A DNA stretch of 64,000 nt from assembly GCA_964016885.1 (NCBI GenBank), contig OZ024751.1, forward strand, positions 29,264,001-29,328,000, given 5' to 3'. The notes beneath the pieces are model-generated. The model had not been told where the DNA came from, did not search any database, and saw only the letters and a list, made by a program, of their open reading frames with translations. The DNA comes from Eledone cirrhosa. Lineage: Eukaryota. Below, in pieces: positions 55,951-64,000 of this stretch (position 1 is its first letter; each line of letters begins with the position of its first letter). Both the position numbers and the translations under genes were made by a program.

Positions 55951-56297
55951 AATACATGTTACTGTTATTTGGAGGTGGTCAATGTTATCAACTAAATCCT
56001 TTATAGGTAGTGCTCCAGCATGACCACAGTTTAATGACTGAAACCAGTAAAAGAATGAAAAGATAGCACCTGTTTATTCAATGTGGGTGGAGGGTTGCAG
56101 TTGTTTCTCTCTCTCGCTCTCCCTCTCTCTCTATTATATATAATGTGTAAATGTGGTTGGTGTTAGGAAGGGCATCCAGCTGTAAAAAACCTACCAGAGA
56201 CACTTCCATACGAGCGAGACACGGTCTCTCGACCATTCCCGCATCAAATGGAAAAAAACTGTTGAACCCATGCTAGTGTGGAAGATGGACGTTAAAC

Positions 56298-56363
<66 letters not shown>

Positions 56364-57064
56364 ATATGTTTTTGTTTTTTTTATAAAAAATTGAATCTTT
56401 CTTTGAATTTTTGTGTCATAAATATATTTTTTTTCTATTTTTTTGACACATTTAAAAACTATCAGTAGTTCATTTACTACTACTACTACTACTAGTAGTA
56501 GTAGTAGTAGCAGTAGTAGTAGTAGTAGTAGCAGTAGTAGTAGTAGTAGTAGTATACTAGTAGTAGTACTACTGCTAGTGTGAAATATTATTAGTACTAC
56601 AGTCAGTCAAGTAAACTGGTGTCAGCTTTGGATAATTGCTTTAAAACTGTTGTCAAATACTCAATTAATTTTGGTAAGAAAGGCTGTATAGCACCACTGT
56701 CCTGCTAGGCTAGAGATGATTTTATTTCAGTGTTAATGTTGATGTTGTTCTTGATGAGGATTTGTAGGGTGGTGGTGATAATGATGTTTATAATAATGGT
56801 GTTGTTAATTATGAGGGTGATGATGATGATTATGGTAGTGATGTTGATGATGGTGTTGGTGGTGGTGTTGATGTTTATGATGGTGATTGTGTTGTTGATG
56901 ATGATGATGATGATTATGATGACGATTATGATGGTGATGCTGATGATGATGTTCATGTTGTTGTTGTTGTGGAACAAGTCAACTATACCTTGTCTCCTTA
57001 ACTGTCAACTGAAGTACCAAGCTGTTCTTCATTTTACAGTTTTAGTCATTAGAGCAAACTGTTG

Positions 57065-57558
<494 letters not shown>

Positions 57559-57719
57559 ATATATATATGTATATATATATTTTTCCATTCTCTCTCTCTC
57601 TATATATATATATTGGGAGACAGGACACATGTTCGACATTATCTCAATCATGACATCCATAACTTTGAATGTAACGTATATTATATATATGTATATATAT
57701 ATATATATGTATATATATA

Positions 57720-57819
57720 CAAGGTGCATCCAAAAAATGTATACACACTTCAACAGCATTTTAATAAATATTGCCTGTGCAAGTAATCAAAGCATGTATA
57801 CCTTTTTGGGGGGACATCC

Positions 57820-57821
<2 letters not shown>
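57720..57821. mobile_element. Degenerate Tc1/mariner-type MITE, about 100 bp
   Basis: TA-CAAGGTGCATCCAAAAAATGTATACA ... TGTATACCTTTTTGGGGGGACATCCTC-TA. Confidence 0.5.
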
Positions 57822-57862
<41 letters not shown>

Positions 57863-58291
57863 CATCATCATCATTTTACGTCCGCTTTTCCCTGCTTGCA
57901 AGGGTGGGACTATATATATATATATATATATATGTATATGTGTGTGTGAGTGTGTGTAATATATAATAAATATATACATAAATATATGTATATAAAAACA
58001 AATAACGAAACGAAATTAAATTTCGTTTCGTTTGCAACTCACCCTCGTATGACTGACGCTTAAACAATTATAGTTAAAGATGCACATCCATATATGTATA
58101 CTGAAATACTAGTATGTATATGAATACACACCCGTATACATATGTAGATGTACCAAGTTTTTTCACTGGTCACTTTACTGTGAGTGGCCAGCTATTCTGT
58201 ATGTAAACACACAGACAAACCGGTTTTTAGAGTCATACTGGTTTTTGAGGAAACACCTTTCCTCTATTCTCCAGAAATTTAACTTAATTGT

Positions 58292-58362
<71 letters not shown>

Positions 58363-59475
58363 AATGTGGTTGGTGTTAGGAAGGGCATCCAGCCGTAGAA
58401 AACCTGCCAGACAGTCCTACACGAGCAAGACATGGTCACCTGACCAATCTTACCTCAAGTAGGACAATTCCCATCTAAACCCATGCTATCGTGGAAGATA
58501 GACGTTAAACGATGATGATGATGATGATGATGATGATATATATATATATAATAGGATAGAAAATAGAATAAAAGCAGACCCAAAAAGAAACTTACCTTAC
58601 CTCCTCCCCATTAAAAACCTACTCTATACAGTTACAACAGCTACAACAACAATAGCAACAACAACAACAACAACAACAACAACAGCAACATCACAAATAA
58701 ACAAATGGTGATTTCTAAACATTTCTAAACAATTTTTTCTATCACATCTTGAGGTGAAGATATTCCTATTATAAAGCTTAATAATTGCTTATCTCTTTCT
58801 CACCATTTAGATTTTGGCTTTGTTTCTTGTGCTTTTACTGTTGTTTTGTCTACTACTGTTGTTGTTGTTGTTGTTGTTTGGGGGTAGGAGGAGTAGGGGC
58901 GTGTATTTAACTCGTCCCCCCCTCCCCCCCTCTGTTATAAATTTCTTTATAGTTATTATTTCCATTGTTTTGTTGTCTATCTCTATTTTCTTTAATTTAG
59001 GTTCTTGTATTTGTGTTATGTCATTTGTTCTGTTTTGTTTTCAAACTATTGATGTACATGAGTATAAGTAACGGACAGCATTAGCCATTTGTTACATCAT
59101 ATTGATGATGGTGGTGGTGGTGGTAATGGCGGTGGTGGTGGTGGTAATGATGGTAATTATGGTGGTGGTTGTGGTGATAGTGGAGATGACTATGATGGTG
59201 GTGGCGGCGGAGACGGTGGTTATGGTTGTGATGGTCTGGTGGTGGTGATGATGGTGATGATTGTGATGGTGATGGTGGTGGTGAAGGTGATGATGGTGAT
59301 GGTGATGGTGATGGTGAAGGTGATGATGGTGATGGTGATGGTGATGGTGATGGTGATGGTGATGGTTGTGGTAGTGGTGGTGATGATGATGGTAGTGGTG
59401 AAGGTTGTGGAGGTGATGATCATGATGATAATGATAACAATGGTGATGATGGTGGTAATAATGCTGGTGATATAT

Positions 59476-59541
<66 letters not shown>

Positions 59542-59818
59542 TTTTCGGCTGCATGGGTGATTTTAGGCATGTTCTCTATGTGTTGGTATTTTAACGATAG
59601 TTATAGCTCTGATTTATCCAAATTATTGAGCCCTCTGCCACGTATGTCGGATATTGTTTATCGTGATTTCATGGGCTGATATTCCGATTCTCGATTATTC
59701 TACTATATATATATTATTTTTTCCCCTATTTCCTTTTTGCCCGTTTATTTCAGCCTCACTTTCATATTTCCTAAATTTTGTTTTCAAATCCATATTTAAT
59801 AAAACCCCATGTTTTTTA

Positions 59819-59876
59819 TTCATTCTGACGACTGAAGACAGACACATCTGTCTTCAAGAAACCACTGGTAAATGAA
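59819..59876 (+). ncRNA. Type I hammerhead ribozyme motif
   Basis: ttcatt-CTGACGA-c tgaagacaga caca tctgtcttca a-GAAA-ccactgg-TA-aatgaa; GUA triplet, predicted cut after 59870. Confidence 0.85.
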
Positions 59877-60031
59877 ATAATTATCTTATGTTGTTTATTA
59901 CATAACTAATAAGCTCTGTAGCCTACATAGAGCACTCTTTTTTCCTGTACCTTTCCGACGGAAATACTTCATATATATATATATTAATTCAAAATATTAA
60001 CAAAAATAGACATTCGTGTGATCAAGTATAT

Positions 60032-60092
60032 TTTATTATACATATTTCAGAAGTACTGAGCTATCTTCAACAGTACGTCCTCATCAGAGAAA
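60032..60092 (-). ncRNA. Hammerhead ribozyme motif, weaker stem I
   Basis: tttct-CTGATGA-ggacgtactg..cagtacttct-GAAA-tatgta-TA-ataaa. Confidence 0.55.
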
Positions 60093-60194
60093 TTAAGATG
60101 ATGCATGACATACCCTGACTTAGTAGACGGTTAAGATTCAGTCATGGTAGTAAAACTCGTTCTTTGATTTATTCATTGAACCTTGTTTAACCTT

Positions 60195-60251
<57 letters not shown>

Positions 60252-60827
60252 TGTTATATTTAGGGAGGGTCATGCTGCCAATAAAAAAAAAACATATGCA
60301 TGACCCTCTCGAAGTATAACAATATCTGTCTGTTACAATATGTATTTTCACATCTTGAAAAAAAATCTTGAAAAACAAATAGCTGAATGAAACAGTTGTA
60401 GTCCTGTAGAATGGATTTCTATATTAAATTTCATGTTTACACTCTACACATACACATATATATATATGCACACACACACACACGTATATGTGTGTATAGT
60501 GTCTGTACATACTCATTACACATACATACATACATTTTAAGTATGTATGTATGTGTTAAATTTTATTGAGATAAAGTAAAACCTTTCTTTAAGATTCAAA
60601 TCATACACAAAAGCATTATATAATTTTTTAAAACTAAAACTTTCTCTTCAATCCTGTCCACTAATAAATTAGTAAAGGATAATTCTTGTTTTTTGCTTTC
60701 AACATAATTCGTTGTGTTGTTGTTTTTTAATGTATATTTACCTAATTCTAAAAGAAGAAAAGAAAAGAATGCTTTATATATTTATATATTTTCCCCCTGT
60801 GATATATCTTTAGATCTTGTTTATATA

Positions 60828-60932
<105 letters not shown>

Positions 60933-61341
60933 ATGTATATGTATGTGTATGTATGTTTATATATATATACATATATATTTATGTGTGTGTGTATATATTT
61001 GTATATATATGTGTGTGTGTGTGAATAAATATATGGCGCTTAACTCTTCTCTTTTTTTAATCTTTCATAAATAATATTTCTTCTCTTTTCTTCTATTATT
61101 TATAACCACATCCAGACCACTTTTGTTGCTTTAACTAAAGTCCATGTGGTTTGTAGGCAAAACATTTTCAGAAAACAGGCACAAATCGAGTTAACAAAAA
61201 AAGAAAACCAACAGCAAGTAAAAAAAATGAATAAATACATTTAAAAAAATAGAAAAAAATATTTCTTGAAAATTTATCAATAAATGAATTTTGATTTTAA
61301 TCACTAGGAGAGAAAAGGAAATTCTTTAATTGGAAAGTTTG

Positions 61342-61409
<68 letters not shown>

Positions 61410-61412
61410 CTA

Positions 61413-61452
<40 letters not shown>

Positions 61453-61924
61453 CATACACCGTGATGGTGAGGAAGTGATAGATATATATATAATGTGAGC
61501 AGATACGTATGTCTGCAAATGTGTGTATGATCTCTCTAATATTTGTGTATCCATACATATATATGTACATATATACATATATGTGTGTGTGTCTATCTGT
61601 ATTTTTTTCCCTCTATTCATATATATGCCTCGATTTCTATATGTATAATAAGACTTCTCTCATCATTGATGGAAAAATCATGAGAAATATTCCACTGAAC
61701 TGGTTTGGCTTCTTAAATATAGCAACATTTTCTCTTTGAAATGCCATTGTTTTTTCATTTTCTAATTTCTTTTTCTGTTTTGTTACCAAATTATCGTTTT
61801 TGTTATAGAAATTAGAATTAGAATCAGATCACCAAAATATATATATATAAGTATGTAGAATATTTATATATGAAATATGGTAAATATATTCCATTATATG
61901 TTTATCTTCTTCTACTCCTCCTCT

Positions 61925-62330
61925 TCCTCCTTTTCACCCACTTATTCATGAGAGGGTCATTGGAGCAGAGTCCTCAAACACTTCTTCCAGGAGGTCTTGT
62001 AAGAAGCAACTGTTTGCAGTTGATCTGGATGGGTCCGTGAGACCAGCCAAGCTTATCAATGTTATATGACCACCTTGTTCAGGCTCTACATCTACTCCTG
62101 GGTCTCCTGTCAGTTTTTTGCCCTGTTTTTGCCCATAAAATATGTCATTCTAAGCACATGTCCATAACATTGGAGCTATGATCTCTCAATTCAGAGAAGT
62201 AGTGGCTCTACTATCTTATCTCCAACTACACACTCTATTGAGTAACATTATACCAATATTTATCATTCAGTATAAATTTTTATTAAAAGAAGATTCTCTG
62301 AAACATAAAAAACAGCCATATTTTTGCTCT
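61925..62330 (-). mobile_element. Heavily decayed RTE 3' fragment
   Basis: LQCYGHVLRM at about 62147-62176 (compare LRWYGHVMRM); many stops. Confidence 0.5.
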
Positions 62331-63232
62331 CTATAATTTTCAAAGTTCTACATTCCTTAATTAAAAGTGAATGCTTGTGGTTCATTGGTAAGATGGGTTG
62401 GACTCACTATCATCAGTTCCTGGGTTCATTTCCAGGACCAGGCAACAATAACAACAATAGCAACAACAACAACAGCAATGACAATAGCAATAACCTTGAT
62501 TATTTCTTTATCAAGAATTACCGAATCTTTGTTTCATAGGATACTAAAGAATATTTAGTCTATGTGTATTTATTTATTTATCTATCTATCTCTGTTCCCC
62601 ATGTCCGTCTCCCTCATTCTCTGTCCCCCCCTCTCTCCCTCCCTCTCTGTTCTCCCACCCCCTCTCTCTCCCTCCCTCTCTGTTCCCCCAACCCGTCTCT
62701 CTCCCTCCCTCTCTGTTCCCCATTTCTCTCTCTCCTTTTCCGTGCCCCACTACACTATCTTCTCTCCCCTCTCTCTGTCTCCCTCCTTGTCACTTTCTCC
62801 ACCCCTCTCTCTCTCTCTCCATATTCCTTCCTCTCCCCCAGACTCTCTCTTCTCTATTCTCTAATATTAGTTTATAAACATTGCTCCCTGATCCTGCCAT
62901 TAATATATATATATTTACTTACTTAAACATATATATATGTGAACGTATATATATATATGTATATTCATTTGTTAATTTTGTTTGTGTGTTTTGCTTTACC
63001 TCCCCTTAGCAGAGTTCTTTACTGCCAAAGGTGTCATTTTTCGTTTGTTTGCTTTTTTATTTTCAGATTATTTTCGTATTTATTTTATTTCACTTTATTC
63101 TTTTATCCCTTCTTTCTTAGGAATCCTTGTTCACAATTTGGCATGCTCCATTCTTTTCTCTTTCTAGTATATACAGTTTTCCTCCAGAATAATTTTGGCA
63201 TATATAAATATATATATATATATATATACATA

Positions 63233-63274
<42 letters not shown>

Positions 63275-63469
63275 CATACATATATAAGTGTATATATATA
63301 TAATTATATACATACATATATATATATATAATTATATACATTCACACACACACACACACACAAAATGTATGCCTATCATCATCTATGTTTTGGTCCGTTT
63401 TTCCATGCTTATATGTATATATATATATTTATATATATATATAACTATATCTATATATATAACTATATA

Positions 63470-63527
<58 letters not shown>

Positions 63528-64000
63528 AAGAGAGATATATATAGTTATATATATAGATATAGTTATATATATATATATAGATATAGTTATATATATATAT
63601 ATAGATATATAGTTATATATATAGAGAGATATATAGTTATATATATAGATATAGATATTTATATATATAATGTGTATGTGTATGCCAATATATTCCGGAG
63701 GAAAATTTTATGTATGCATTTCTGTATGAAGTTTTGATTTTTGTATTTTGATATTCCATATTATAATGGCTGTTGTTTCAGTCTTGCTGAGGGTCTTCCA
63801 ATAGAAATATAACTTTCTTTGATTCTTTTGTTTTCTTTGGTTTATATTGTTTTGTTATTTCTACCGTTATATCTACTTTATTATATTTACCTAAATAATG
63901 TTTATCCTTCTTCAACATTCCACACTCATCCCTCCCATCTTTGCCCTAACTCGAATCTTTTGTACACTGTTCTCATTAAGATCAGTCTTCTTACGGCAGA

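Noticed and set aside
55673-55957. 94-aa non-repetitive minus-strand ORF
   Set aside because: Antisense to a decayed RTE fragment

Overview
AT-rich, microsatellite-saturated animal DNA. Its SINE/LINE repertoire looks cephalopod, probably Octopus (inference). Almost all ORFs in the supplied track are artefacts of (TA)n/(CA)n/(GA)n/(GGT)n/(TGA)n runs. Supported content: a young 5'-truncated RTE LINE (43.2-44.9 kb) whose RT carries an internal PHD finger, other RTE fragments, a Vingi/Ingi-like 3' end, two tRNA-derived SINE families, piggyBac-like, hAT and Tc1/mariner MITEs, and minisatellites. The main hidden signal is about ten type-I hammerhead ribozyme (HHR) motifs from at least six unrelated sequence families. 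They sit in short elements bounded by (TA)n, several with fold-back ends, and one lies in the 3' region of a Penelope-like element that retains a GIY-YIG C-terminal Zn motif. Other candidates: an eroded HDV-like ribozyme at an RTE 5' end, SINE tail-swapping between two RTE families, and two short paralogous segments (47.0 and 49.1 kb) with a protein-coding substitution pattern that may be alternative terminal exons of an unidentified host gene. All structures were read by eye; no folding or database searches were run.
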